From positions 10,918-74,917 of the forward strand of contig MU626365.1 in assembly GCA_025603075.1 (NCBI GenBank): DNA of 64,000 nucleotides, in the 5' to 3' direction. The notes under the pieces are model-generated. The model did no database searches, was not told the DNA's origin, and saw nothing but the letters and a program-made list of their open reading frames with translations. This DNA is from Neoconidiobolus thromboides FSU 785. Its lineage: Eukaryota > Fungi > Entomophthoromycota. This document shows positions 25,079 to 37,653 of this stretch, piece after piece (positions within the stretch are counted from its first letter, which is position 1; every line of letters starts with the position of its first letter). A program made the position numbers and the translations under genes.

Positions 25079-27451
25079 ATGAGTAATAATCAAAATATAT
25101 TGATTGATGCTATTAATCAAAATAGTTTAAAATGGAAAGGTAAATAATAACAATAATAATGATAATATATTTGTAACGATAAAGATAATAATAATATATT
25201 TATAATAACAATTTAATTTAGAATTTAATTTACAAAGTCAACAGCTGGATTTAGAAGAATACAATCAACAAATATTGGAAGAGAATGAGCAAGTCAAAAA
25301 TTCACGTAAACAATTAGCCGAGAAAACAAAGGAATTTCGAAAATTAAGAGATGAAGAGAAGCTAATTCAATTAAAACAATTATTAAAAGGATATCAAGAA
25401 GAGATAGATAATTTGACTAAAAAAAATAAAAGTAAAGAAAGTAAACTATTAACATTCTATCAACATATGCTAGAATTAACGGATCCGGTACCTATTTTTA
25501 ATAAAATTAATGAGGAATTAAAAGATAATTTAACGTTGAAGAGACAAGCTGATGAATATAAAAAAAAGAATGAAGAGTTAAGTCTTGAATTGACATTAGA
25601 AAAGAAAAAACAAGGGGAATTTGATACCATCCTTATTAATCAAATAGCTCAAAAAGAATATTCTTTGAAAAGTGAAATGGAAATTCAACAACGGGAGCAT
25701 CTACTAAAAGAAAGTGAAATGAAAAAAGAAATTGATAATTTAAATCAACAATTAAATTTCATAAATAAAAATCAAGCATTAAAACAACAGCAATTAATTG
25801 AAAGTTTTAATATGGAAAACGAAAAAGCAGATAATCAAATGTCTCAACTAGAATTTATTATGAATCAAATGGAAGAAATTAAAGATCAAAATTATCAGTT
25901 AAGTAGGGAAAATGAAAACTTAAAGAAAACGTTGAATGAAAATAATAATGACATTAATAATAAAATTGAAAGGGAAGTAGTTAATGGAGATAATACGATT
26001 ATTGTTAAAGAATTAAATAATAAAATTGAAAATCAAGCTATTGAAATTAATAACTTAATTAAAGAAATTGAAAAACATCAATCACAATTCAATAAAAATA
26101 AACAATTAAATGAGCAAAGCATTATTGAGTTGAAAGATCAATTGAATACGCAAGTAAGTAAATTAATGATATAATATAATAATAATAATAATAAGATATT
26201 AATATTTTATATATAGATTCAACAAAATCAAAATTTAAGCGAAAAATTAAATTCAATGAAAGACTATGAACAAATTAAAAAAGAATTAAATTTATTAAAA
26301 GTAAGTATTGAGAAATAATTTCTACAAAACACTAATAACACATAATCTACTTAACATAGGACATTGAATTTCCGGAATATAAAGAAGACACAGACATGAC
26401 TTCAAGTCCAACGGAAAATATTGATTCCAAAGAAGAAATATTACAGAAAATGGTAAAAAAACAACAACAATTACAAAATGAATCAATAAAATATAAAAAT
26501 GAATTAAAAAATCAAGAAAAAGAAAATCAAATAAACAAAGAATTAATAATACAAAAGGATGAATTGATTATACAAAAAGAGAAATTGATAAAGAAATTAG
26601 AACAAGATTTAGTCACATTAAACAATCAAAATAATCAGAGTGATAATGATAATGATAAGGTAAAACGATTTTTTATAATCTTATTTTAATAATATAATTA
26701 TTCTTAATATTATCTTAGTCTAATCTTCCTTTGTCACCCACGATCAATAATAATAAAGAACATTTAATTCCTATTTTAAGTCAGCAACGAGACCGATATC
26801 GAAGTCGAAATATGGAACTAGAAGAAGAAATTCGAAAAATAATGGAACAAAAAAAAGAAATGGATTATCAATATCAAGAATTAAATTTAGAGAATATGAA
26901 ATTATATGAACAAATTAAATATCAAAAACAATATAGTAATCAAGAAGGTAGTAAAAGCAGTGGAAATAGAGGGAATGATTATGCTATGATAGATATGCAT
27001 GGAGTTAACAAAAAATATGACCAAATGTTAGATGATAGGGAAAATCCATTTGTTAAATTTAAGTTGAAGGTAAAATTATTATTATTATTATTATTATACA
27101 ATAGAATATAGAATATGGGGATATGTTTTTTTGTTTAAGAATTTTACTTATAGTCTTTTCACTCAAATAACGCTCAAAATAGAAAAAATATGAAACTAAA
27201 AAAAATACCCCCATATACTGAATACCTAAATATACAATAGAATAATAATATATTAATATATTTATTTAATCTAGGAAGAAAATCGACGATATCAAACATT
27301 AAATAGTATGGATCGATTAGCATTATCAATTACCAAATTGTTTTTAACTAATTATATAACAAGAGCTATTTTATTATGTTATTTATTATGTTTACATGCT
27401 TTGATTTTAATTTTAATTTATAATTTTATTCAAATTAATGATGAAAAATAA
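25079..27451 (+). CDS. COY1: Golgi coiled-coil membrane protein CASP/Coy1, multi-exon
   Basis: N-terminal WKEFNL...SRKQLAEKTKEFRKL; LIPILSQQRDRYRSRNMELEEE; ENMKLYEQIKY; C-terminal TM CYLLCLHALILILIY with the conserved Tyr/His. Confidence 0.9.
27113..27216 (-). mobile_element. MITE family A copy 8, inside the last intron of COY1
   Basis: ATAT|GGGGATAT...ATACCCCC|ATAT within intron 27070-27274. Confidence 0.85.
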
Positions 27452-27515
27452 TAAATAAAGAAACTAAAATTGTTTATTTATATCGTTATTATTATATTTT
27501 TATTAAATATTATTA

Positions 27516-29307
27516 TTATTCTTTCTTAATCTTTTGTTTCTTATTTTTTAATTTTGCTTTAATAATAGCCATAATAATTGGAGTAAACGTGGGCAACAAT
27601 AAAGGCAAAAATAAGGCATAAGAATGGTCAAATGGGAAATATAAGACAGATATCATATCTTTATGAAAGAAAGCTAAATCAGCATATTTGAAACTTTTTA
27701 TAGAATTTAAAAATCCTAATTCTATGAAATTATTCTGAATATTTTGAAATGTAAATTGATGAAATTGTATAGCTTTTATAGCTAGATCAATAATCTTTTG
27801 TTTCACTGGCATATCTGGAATCGTTGGTATTAACTGTTGTAAACTTTGTATAGAATGATAAGATTTAGTTAAACAATAATTAATCTTATTATATATAAAT
27901 TGATGATAAGCTAAAGTGATTCCATATTGTTTATTAAATTGAATTAAATTAAAGAAATTTATTAATTGATATTGAATTGCTTTAGTTAGTTGTTGTTTAT
28001 TAATTTCAGTATTTTTATTATTGTTCTGTTTATTTAACAAAGTAATACCACCCCATTGAGGAATTAAAATATTACTTTGTTTCGATTCAAAAGACATCGG
28101 ATTGAATTTTTCATCTGGTAAATAAAATAAAAAATGAATTTCTGGATTTAAAGAAATTGAAGATTTTAAATCCCATTCTCCTGAATTTATAAAATGAGGT
28201 AACTGTTCATTGGTTATTATATAATAATCATTTGTTGGATCTAAGATAGGTGTTATTGTTAATGGGGCATAATATTGTATTTGTAAAGTTATATTGAAGC
28301 TGATATAAGGGGATAATAATTTCGTATAAGGAGTAAAATGTTCTTTTTGGTTGGAATTATAAGTATTATATTTATTAATAATAGTATTAAAATTACCTAA
28401 TATTAATTTTTCCATTTCGATTAATAATTGATCATTCACTTTGTCTGGTGGATTACCATATAATAAGGTAAATGTTAATAAATAATTATCATTGAAATTT
28501 AATGAGGTATTAACAGATGTATTCTAAATAATAATATTAAGTTATTAAACTAAAAACTAAAAACTAAAACTACTTCATTATTATTATCCTGTAATAAAAA
28601 ATTGGAAATTTTAGCAATGTGTTGTTTTATTAAATTTTGTAATTGTACTATATAAAAATAAATACTAATAGTAAATTGTAAACAAATAATAATTTACCAC
28701 TGCTAGTTTCCTTAGGTATTAAAAAAATCCAACTGGGTTGATCCAAAATATTGTAATTTTGATTATCCATATTATTTTTAATGATAACTTTATCTTCATT
28801 AGTGTTAAATACTAATAAATTATATAAAAATCTTCTATTCTCTTGTTTCAATTGTATATATTTATTAATAATATCATGGACCTTAATATCATCTAAAATC
28901 ATATTAAAACTTTCTTAATAAGAGATATAAAGCTGCAACTTACCTCCCACGTCTTTTTCATCAATGGTCACACTTTCCTTACTCTCATTAATAATTAATA
29001 TATCAGTCCTATCACTTTTAATCTCTACTACTTTATCGAAAAAACCCACTACTTTCCATTCTAGTTTAAACTGGACTTCCTTTTCCAATTGTTCGAATTT
29101 ATCTTTTGGAAAAGGTACCCTTTCCACTTTAGTCATAAAATACCATATATTCACTAAGGTAAAGGCCAATATGCTGAATAATATAATATTGTATTTTTTG
29201 CTTTTTTCTGACAAAAAGGAAGTTAGTACTTATTGAAGGTTAAGAGTTAAAATCAATTAAAAAATACTTTGTCGTTGTAAATCAGGTGCTATTTCTTGAA
29301 GTTTCAT
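27516..29307 (-). CDS. GPI17: GPI transamidase subunit PIG-S/Gpi17, multi-exon
   Basis: N-terminal TM followed by WYFMTKVERVPFP; LIPQWGGI; C-terminal VLYFPFDHSYALFLPLLLP; first intron has a TACTAAC branch point. Confidence 0.88.
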
Positions 29308-29448
29308 TATTCAATTGAAAGTTGAAAATTGAAAATAAATTGAGTGATGTTGATTTTTTAAATATTTTGTAAGTTAAAATAAACTGGGAGATAATTCTTG
29401 GATCGACCCAAAAGCAACCTATCTCTCTTATTAAAGCTATTTGATTGA

Positions 29449-29533
29449 GATGACGCCAATTTGAACTTGGTTACCAAGCAAAGCTGGTCAACTCAAGTAA
29501 TCTGGAAATAAAAAACAAGGTTATGATTGGCTT
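29449..29533. promoter_or_regulatory. CCAAT boxes plus GATGACG half-CRE in the bidirectional GPI17/RAD23 promoter
   Basis: GATGACGCCAAT at 29449-29460 and TGATTGGCTT at 29524-29533. Confidence 0.4.
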
Positions 29534-29631
29534 AAAGGATATTTAAAAAAAAAATCTAGGATAGAAAATTTCAATGAGAATTTATTAAAAAATTTTAAAC
29601 TCAACTTTGATAACATTGAGAGAATTTCAAG

Positions 29632-31166
29632 ATGCAAGTAAAATTTAAAGACTTAGGAATGAAAGAATTTCTGTTAGAATTAGAAGGCAGTATGAGTGTT
29701 TTAGAAACTAAACAATTGATTGAAAAAGAAAGAGGTTGTTCTGTAGAAGCTCAAAAATTGATTTATAAAGGTAAAGCAACTATTTACTTTTTATAAAATA
29801 AAGATAAATCAAAATTTAATTTTATAGGGAAAATATTAAATGACACTGAAACCATTGAACAAAGCGGTATCAATGAACAAGGTTTTGTCGTTTTAATGGT
29901 TAAAAAAGTAAGTTCTTTTGTATAAAAAGTAAAAAAATTAATGCTTAATAAAATTATTTAAAAAGATGCCAAAATCAGTTTCAACACCAGCAGTTAAACA
30001 AGAAACTAGTCAACCTCAAACTAAACCTGAACAAGAAATTAAAGCTGAATCAACTAACGAAACTTCAAGTAATATAAATATTAACTCAACCACTGATATT
30101 TCAACAAATACTTCTAATACTAATATTAATGATAATTCTTTAGGTAAGATATTTTTTATATATTTTTAAAAAAAAAAGTTAAATTAAAATAAATTAAATT
30201 AACTTAAATATTTAGTACTTGGAGAACAATTAGAAGGAATGATCAACAATTTCTTAGAAATGGGATTTGATAGAGAACAAATTGATCAAGCTATGCGTGC
30301 TGCTTTTAATAATCCAGAAAGAGCAGCAGAATATCTTTTAAATGTAAACAATTTTAATTTATAAACACTATAATATGCAATATTAATTAACATTAGGGTA
30401 TTCCTGATGAATTGATAGCTGATTTAACATCACAAAATAATGCAGCATCAAGTCAAGTTGGTGAAGAAGCATTATCCAGTGATGCCAATACTACTAATGC
30501 TACTATTGGTGAAAATCTTAATCGTAAGAATCAATTATTAAACTAATTTTTATATTTTAAAAATATTAATAACTTTTTTAACAGAAAATTTATTTCAAGC
30601 AGCAGCTGAACAAGCCTCTCGAAATCATGGACAAAGAAGTTTTGATACTTTAATTGAATTACGTAATTCACCTCAATTAAGAGTGATTAGAGAAGCTGTT
30701 AGAGAAAATCCCTCCCTTATTCAACCTATTTTACAACAAATGGCACGATCCAATCCAGAGATACTTCATGTAAGAAGATTTAATTATTTTTAAAGAGAAT
30801 ATTTTTGATTTATTGTATCAAAGCATATCCAAGAAAATCCAGAATTATTAGCTTTACTTTTGGAAGAAAATTTAGAAGACCTTGAAATTGTTGAAAATGA
30901 AGATGGTGAGCATGGCCAAGGTCAAAATCAACAATTGGCTCAACCTCATCAAATTACTATTACTCAAGAAGAAAATGAAGCTATTTTAAGAGTAAGTTAT
31001 TTTTATTTAATATATAAAATACAATATTAATTGATTAATTAATATCTATTTTTAGCTAGAAGCATTGGGATTTAATCGAGAAAGAGCTATACAAGCTTAT
31101 TTTGTTTGTGATAAAAACGAAGAAATTGCAGCCAATTACTTGTTTGATAATCAAGATGAGGATTAA
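29632..31166 (+). CDS. RAD23: UV excision repair/proteasome shuttle Rad23 (UBL-UBA-STI1-UBA), multi-exon
   Basis: [15 protein letters not shown]; UBA1 [16 protein letters not shown]; [17 protein letters not shown]; UBA2 [18 protein letters not shown]. Confidence 0.95.
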
Positions 31167-31818
31167 TTTTTAGCGTATCGACAGTTCTTTATTTTTTTAA
31201 AGAAATAGCTTTTTTTCTATTTTTATTAAAAAATTTAATTTTTTTATAAATTATCCTGTGGCTTTATTTTAATTTTGATGTTTTAGTTGAATTTAATTTT
31301 TGGTTGAGAATAGATGTTAGTAAACAAGTGACTAAGTAGTGGTGGATGATATAGCGTATAATTAATAGTAATATTAGTTCTTTTTTAATTAGTAATTGAT
31401 AAATAAAATTTAATTTTAGGCTAATTTAATGAACTATTAATCATGAAGAAAAATTAGAGTCAATAGTTAATAATTTTAAAAAAATTAAATTATTATAAAA
31501 TAGAATAATTATTATAAAGTATATATTTTATTACAAAACCAGATAACTAGAAGTTGAGATCTTTAAGTTCCATATTATTTAAAACTAAAATATAAATATA
31601 ACATTATATAATATTTTGTTAGAAAGTGGTATAGATTATGTTAATTTATTCTAATGAATTATAAAATAGTTGGTTAAATATAAAAACAAGTGGACTTTTC
31701 TATTATGCTTTTTTGTCTGATTTATCTAAATATTCAAATATTCAACTTTTGTAAAAATAGCTAAGTTTTTGTTTTTTATATATTTTTATTATTGGTTAGT
31801 TTTCAATTAAGGACAGAT

Positions 31819-31891
31819 GCCTGATTAGCTCAGTCGGTAGAGCATGAGACTTTTAATCTCAGGGTCATGGGTTCGAGCCCCATATTAGGCT
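31819..31891 (+). tRNA. tRNA-Lys(TTT)
   Basis: Acceptor stem GCCTGAT/ATTAGGC, TAGCTCAGTCGGTAGAGC D-arm, anticodon loop CTTTTAA, GGTTCGAGCC. Confidence 0.97.
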
Positions 31892-32063
31892 GATATCTAT
31901 AAAATTAATTTTATTTTTGATTCATACATGGATTTGTATGCTAACAATGTTACTATAATTAGAAGATACAGTGACCAAACTTTAATAAAAAATAGTACGA
32001 TTATTTTTTGTATTGAGATAAATACAAAATTAATCCTTTTTTTAGTTTAGTTCTTGATAAAAA

Positions 32064-33660
32064 ATGGAACCAATTTTATGCTCTAGCCCAGGAAAAATTA
32101 TATTATTTGGTGAGCATGCCGTAGTATATGGAAAAGTAAGTCAAATGATTTCAAATAAATAAATAAGTATTTAGCAGTTATTTTTATTTTAATAGAAAGC
32201 TATAGCAGGTAGTATTGATTTAAGAACATATGGACTATTGTTAGGAGATGATGGAATTCAAATAAATTGTCCGGATATTAATTTAAATCTTAAAGTTAAA
32301 TTGAATGAATTGCCTTGGTCTCAATTTGAAAGTTATAAAAAGTTATTTAATTTGAATACTATCATAGAAGATGATAACATAGAACAAGATATTTTTTTTA
32401 GTTTAGGTAAATCAAGTTTATTTTTCATATGGTATAGAATAAAATAAGTTCTATTTTACATTAGTGGACAAAATTACGATTGATCCAACAGAGATTGAAA
32501 GTTTATTCCAAAATTTGTTATTAAAAGAGTATAGTTTAAGTCAACGTTCAGCTGTTATATGTTTTTATTTTTTAATTACACTTGTATTTGATTTTAGCGA
32601 AGTTCAAAAGTAAATTAAGTTTGTTATAAGTTTATTTCATACTAACCTTAATATAAAGTAATGGCTTTAAAATTCAGATTAATTCTAGAATACCAGTAGG
32701 TGCAGGCTTAGGTTCCAGTGCTTCTTTTTCAGTTACATTATGTACTTTATTATTAAGTAAAAAATGGAAGAAAATTCAATCATTAAATGAAACTATGAAA
32801 TATTTAATCAATAAAATTAGTTTTTTATTAGAAAAAATAATTCATGGTAATCCGTCGGGATTAGATAATACTGTCTCTTGTTATGGTGGCTTTTTATCTT
32901 TTAAAAATTTAAAGTTTGAGAATTTAAAATGGTAATTATTTTTAATATAAGTTTAAATAGATTTATTTAATTATTATTTTTTAAGTAGTTCAAATCAATT
33001 TAATATACTAATAAGTAATACTAAAATACCAAGAAATACTAAAATTTTAGTACAAAATGTATTCAAATTATATCAAAAAGTAAGTTTATTTACTTTCTTC
33101 ACTTTGTTTATTAATAATAATTTCATAGTATCCATCGATTATTCAACCTATTTTGGATAGTATAGATAATATTTCTAATACTTTTGAAAAGTTATTAAAA
33201 GAATCAAATAATAATAATGATAATATAAATCAACAATTAAAAGTAACTTAAAATAATTATTAATAATCATTTATATTTATTTATTTTAATTTAGGACTTA
33301 ATACCAATTAATCAACAGTTATTAAAAATATTAACCGTATCACATGAACAAATTGAAAAAATTATTGAATTAAGTCAATCTTTTGATATTGTTACTAAAT
33401 TAACAGGTGCTGGTGGTGGGGGTTGCACAATTTCTATATTAGATGATAATTCAACTAATAATAATAAATTAATTGATTCATTGATTCAAAACAATATTGA
33501 TGTTTATCCTACTACTTTAGCTGGTAAAGGAGTTACATTTCATTGTTTAAATGGTATTTGATTTACTTATTTATAATTAAATATACCTTAATTCTATTTT
33601 ATTTTAGATAATACAATGAATATAATCAATTATTATAATCAATTAATTAATAAAATCTAA
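32064..33660 (+). CDS. ERG12: Mevalonate kinase (GHMP kinase), multi-exon
   Basis: SPGKIILFGEHAVVYGK, IPVGAGLGSSA, IHGNPSGLDN and KLTGAGGGGC. Confidence 0.95.
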
Positions 33661-33736
33661 GTATTAAAATTTCAATTAAATCAAATATATTATTTTTTTA
33701 AATCTTTATTTTGTTTTATAATAATATTAATAATAA

Positions 33737-36700
33737 TTAATCAAATTGAAATTCAAATGGTTTTGGTGGCTCATTATTATTATTGTTATTATTACTATTA
33801 CTAGTAGTAGCAGTAGTATTCTGAGTATTAGTATTAGTATTATCTACTACGTCCGTTGGTGAAGATTTATCCTCATCTTCTTCATCTAATTAATAAAAAC
33901 ATTTATTAATATTTATTGTAGAATAAAATAAAACATTTTAATTTGATTTAATTTACCTGGATAAAGAAATTCTTCTTCTTCTGAATCGGATTGATGAACA
34001 TCATTGAGTACAACAATACCAGTACAATTTTTCTGTTAAAAATAAAAATTAATAAATTAATAAATTTAACTTCATTAATAATAATTTACCTGCTTAATTG
34101 GGAAGTATCTACCATCCACAGGGAAGAAAAGATATTTAGCTTGAGATGGTAATACTCTTTGCATATTACCAACTGAGTCAAATTCAGCTTCAATTTCTTT
34201 CTCTTCTTCAATAACATTGATTTTTTCTTTTTCTTCTAATTCATTTTCTTTGACTTCACTTTCTTCTACATTTTCACGCTTTTTCTTATTACGGCTCTTA
34301 TATTTAGCAGTAGAAAGTACTGCACTTGGTACTTTTTCAGTTACACTTTCTTGTTGAGCTACCTTAGCTTTACTTGGATAAGCAAATAAAGAGGGTCGCG
34401 CTCTAGAAACAAAATCAAATTTAGGTGCCTAAAATAGAATTATATAAATTATATAAAATTATTAATATATTATTTACTTTAATTTCAGAATTAACTCCAA
34501 TAAAAGTAGTTGGCATAAAACATAAACTCACAAAATGAGTGAATGGGAACCAATACCAAAATTGGGTAAAGATAGCCATACCAGCAACTGCTGCACTATC
34601 AGTAAGTCCCATTTGATTTTGTAAAGATATTCTACAATTTCTACCACCTTGAAAAATAAAAAAATAAATCAAAATAGAAATAAATTAAATTAAAATTATT
34701 TACCTGCATCAATTAAACCTTGTCCAATAGCTGCACCAAATTTAGTCATAGCAGATTCATGTTTATCAGCTACAGTAGCTTCAAGTAACTTACGTACTGA
34801 AGCTGTTCTGGTATTAGATGATTCATTATGTTGACATAGGATCATTGATAAAGCAATGAGTGCTCCTTGACGTACAAAATCACTAGAATCTTTAGTCATC
34901 GGTTCTAAAATTTCAATAGCTTCCTATAAATTTAAATTAATTATATTATTACATTATTATATTATTATAATTACCATTAATCCAGTACCAGCACATGCAA
35001 TACCTAAAGCTAGTGTAGCACCATAACGAACATGTGGATTATAACTTTCAGAAAGTAATTGAACAGCACGAGGTACTTTTGATGGGTCTTTAAACATAAT
35101 AAAACCAAGGCAAGTAACAGCTGCTTTACGAACATCATCATTGACATCGGATACAGCCACATGAAGTAATTTTTTAATAGCTACATTTGAATTGGTACCA
35201 CAATAAGCTAAACCAATGGTATACATACCACCATATCGAATGATATGATCTTGATCACCCATTAATTTTTCAATTAATACTTCTGCTTTATCTTCAGAAC
35301 CATACATAATTAATGCAATTCCAATAGCAATTCCTCGTATAATTTTTTCATGTTGAGTTTCTTGTGCATATCTTAACATTTCTTCAACTGCAGATTCACT
35401 ACCTGTACCTAATTTAACAAGTCCCATAGCCACTCCTGCTGCTTCTCCTGCTACTGCTGAATCTGTAAATAAGATTTTTTTAAGTTCTCCATAAAACTCT
35501 TCATTGTCCGTTCCCATAGCTGATACACCTAATCCTAAAGCGGCACCATGTTGAATAATTTCATCTTGAGAAGTTTTCATTATATTAAGAATATATTCTA
35601 AATCTTTAGTAAAATGATTGGAGTGAATAAGTCCCATAGCAAATAAGGAACCACCTTCTGAATAGGGTGATCCAGGTGCAGTTTCATTTGGAAGATATGG
35701 AGCAAGTACTGATTTCCAATTTTTAATATTACCCTAAAAATCAATATTAAATATTAATATAAATAATTAATAGTCCGATTTACTTTATGCATAACACCAA
35801 GACCTGCAGTTGCTGAAAATTTAGACCAATTAGAAGCTCTAGATAACCATTCTAAATTTTGTCTTAAAAAATTATCACAGGTGGTACCAGCATTCATAAA
35901 TGCATTTGCAAAAGATACAGCGGAATGATATAAAGAATTACGAGAATCTAAGCAAGTCTATAAAACCAAATTAAAATCATTATTAATTAAAATTAATTTT
36001 AAAATTAAACTTACTCTTGTACTTTTCAAAATAGCTAAATCAGCTGCATTCGAAGTAGAAAGGAATTTAATTCGAAGTTCAGTAGGTAATTGACCATTTA
36101 AAATGGTAACTAATTGCTTAAACTAATAAAATGAATATACGTAACAACAGCCATATAAACACTGATTACCTTATTATTATTATCTTCCATATCATCAGTT
36201 TGAACACTAGAAAATTGATCAGCTAATTGTTTTTTGAAATTTTGAGTAGCAGAAGATTCCACATCAAAAGCAATTTGTAAAGCAAATAAATATTTAATAT
36301 CTTCTGAAGTGGACATTAAATGTTGAATTAAATCATAACAGCCTTTAACATCATCTAAATAAATATAACATTGAGCTACAGCTAAATAATCTGGTTGGGC
36401 TAAATTTTGGTACGAATTTTTAACCAAATTAATTGTCTAAAAAAATAAAACTTAAATTTTTGATTCATTCTATTTGTAATAAATTTTACTTGAATACGAA
36501 ACTCTTTATCTTCAACTAATTTTAGTGATATGTTTAGAATATATTCTAATAATTGAGCAGTTTCTCCTTCTTTAATAGCTCTTTCAACAATATCTAATCG
36601 GTGACTTTCAAGTGCAATACCAATAGCCTAAAAAAATCAATATAAACCATTTTGTATTTTAATAAATTGAAATTTACTTGTTTATATTCTTTATCTTGTA

Positions 36701-37266
36701 AACATTTTTCAAACATACGTTCCACCAAATCCAATAATCGCGAGTCTCTTTCTTGAGAGGATTTATTAACCTCAATATAGCGATCAATAGCTTTAGCTGA
36801 TAAAAAAAGTTAATTTTTTAAATTTAAAATTTCTGAGTCTAAATTACATAAAATAGTTTGAACATATTCATTTTTTTCATCAGGATTAAATTGAGTTCCT
36901 GCACCTAATGCGAAGGTTAAAGAATCATCTAACTCACCAAGGAAGTAATAAACCTATTAATTTATTGTTATTATACTATTATCATGTCAAATAAAAAATA
37001 AATCAATTACTTTTGAAGCGACTAAAGCGGCCAATTCACGCGATTGAAAGCTTTCATCTTCATATAAAACTTCACTAAATAAAGTTAATTTAATCTTTTA
37101 ATTCAAAACTCTAGCTATTCACTTACATCTTAGCTACCGACTCTGCAATTTCCGTCCAAAATTGATCGATGATACCATTGAGTTGATTTAAAGCATAAAC
37201 TTTTAATTCAATTTCATTCTCTTCTAATAAAGAGATTAAACCACTAGCGGACGTTTGTATACTCAT
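33737..37266 (-). CDS. RPN2: 26S proteasome regulatory subunit Rpn2/PSMD1, multi-exon
   Basis: [11 protein letters not shown]...[27 protein letters not shown] repeats, [22 protein letters not shown] and C-terminal [11 protein letters not shown]. Confidence 0.96.
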
Positions 37267-37371
37267 TTTTTTCTCTTTTTTATTTTAAAAAACTAAAAAT
37301 CAGAAATTAAGACTATGTTTAATAATTAAAGTTGGCTTCGCTTTTCTATTTGTTGAACTAAGCATAGAGAT

Positions 37372-37388
37372 TGATTGGCTTGATGACG
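37372..37388. promoter_or_regulatory. CCAAT box abutting GATGACG upstream of RPN2
   Basis: TGATTGGCTTGATGACG about 105 bp upstream of the ATG. Confidence 0.4.
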
Positions 37389-37580
37389 TTTTTGATGCTT
37401 GAAGAAGTTGGTGAATTTATAAAAGTTGCAAAATTAGAATTATTGAACCCTTTGGATATCATGGATGAATACTGATTATATAATTTTCAAATCAAAATTA
37501 AATCCTATTGAACTGGGTTCGTCATGAATTTTCATAGGCTAAGCAAAAAGCTATCCTATTAATTAAAAATAATATAGAGA

Positions 37581-37653
37581 AGCCTAATATGGGGCTCGAA
37601 CCCATGACCCTGAGATTAAAAGTCTCATGCTCTACCGACTGAGCTAATCAGGC
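37581..37653 (-). tRNA. tRNA-Lys(TTT)
   Basis: Exact reverse complement of 31819-31891. Confidence 0.97.

Noticed and set aside
31866-31886. ATGGG...CCCCATAT in the tRNA-Lys T-arm resembling the MITE ends
   Set aside because: The match is only 8 nt and the MITE has no A/B boxes; it has TIRs and TSDs, so it is not a tRNA-derived SINE.
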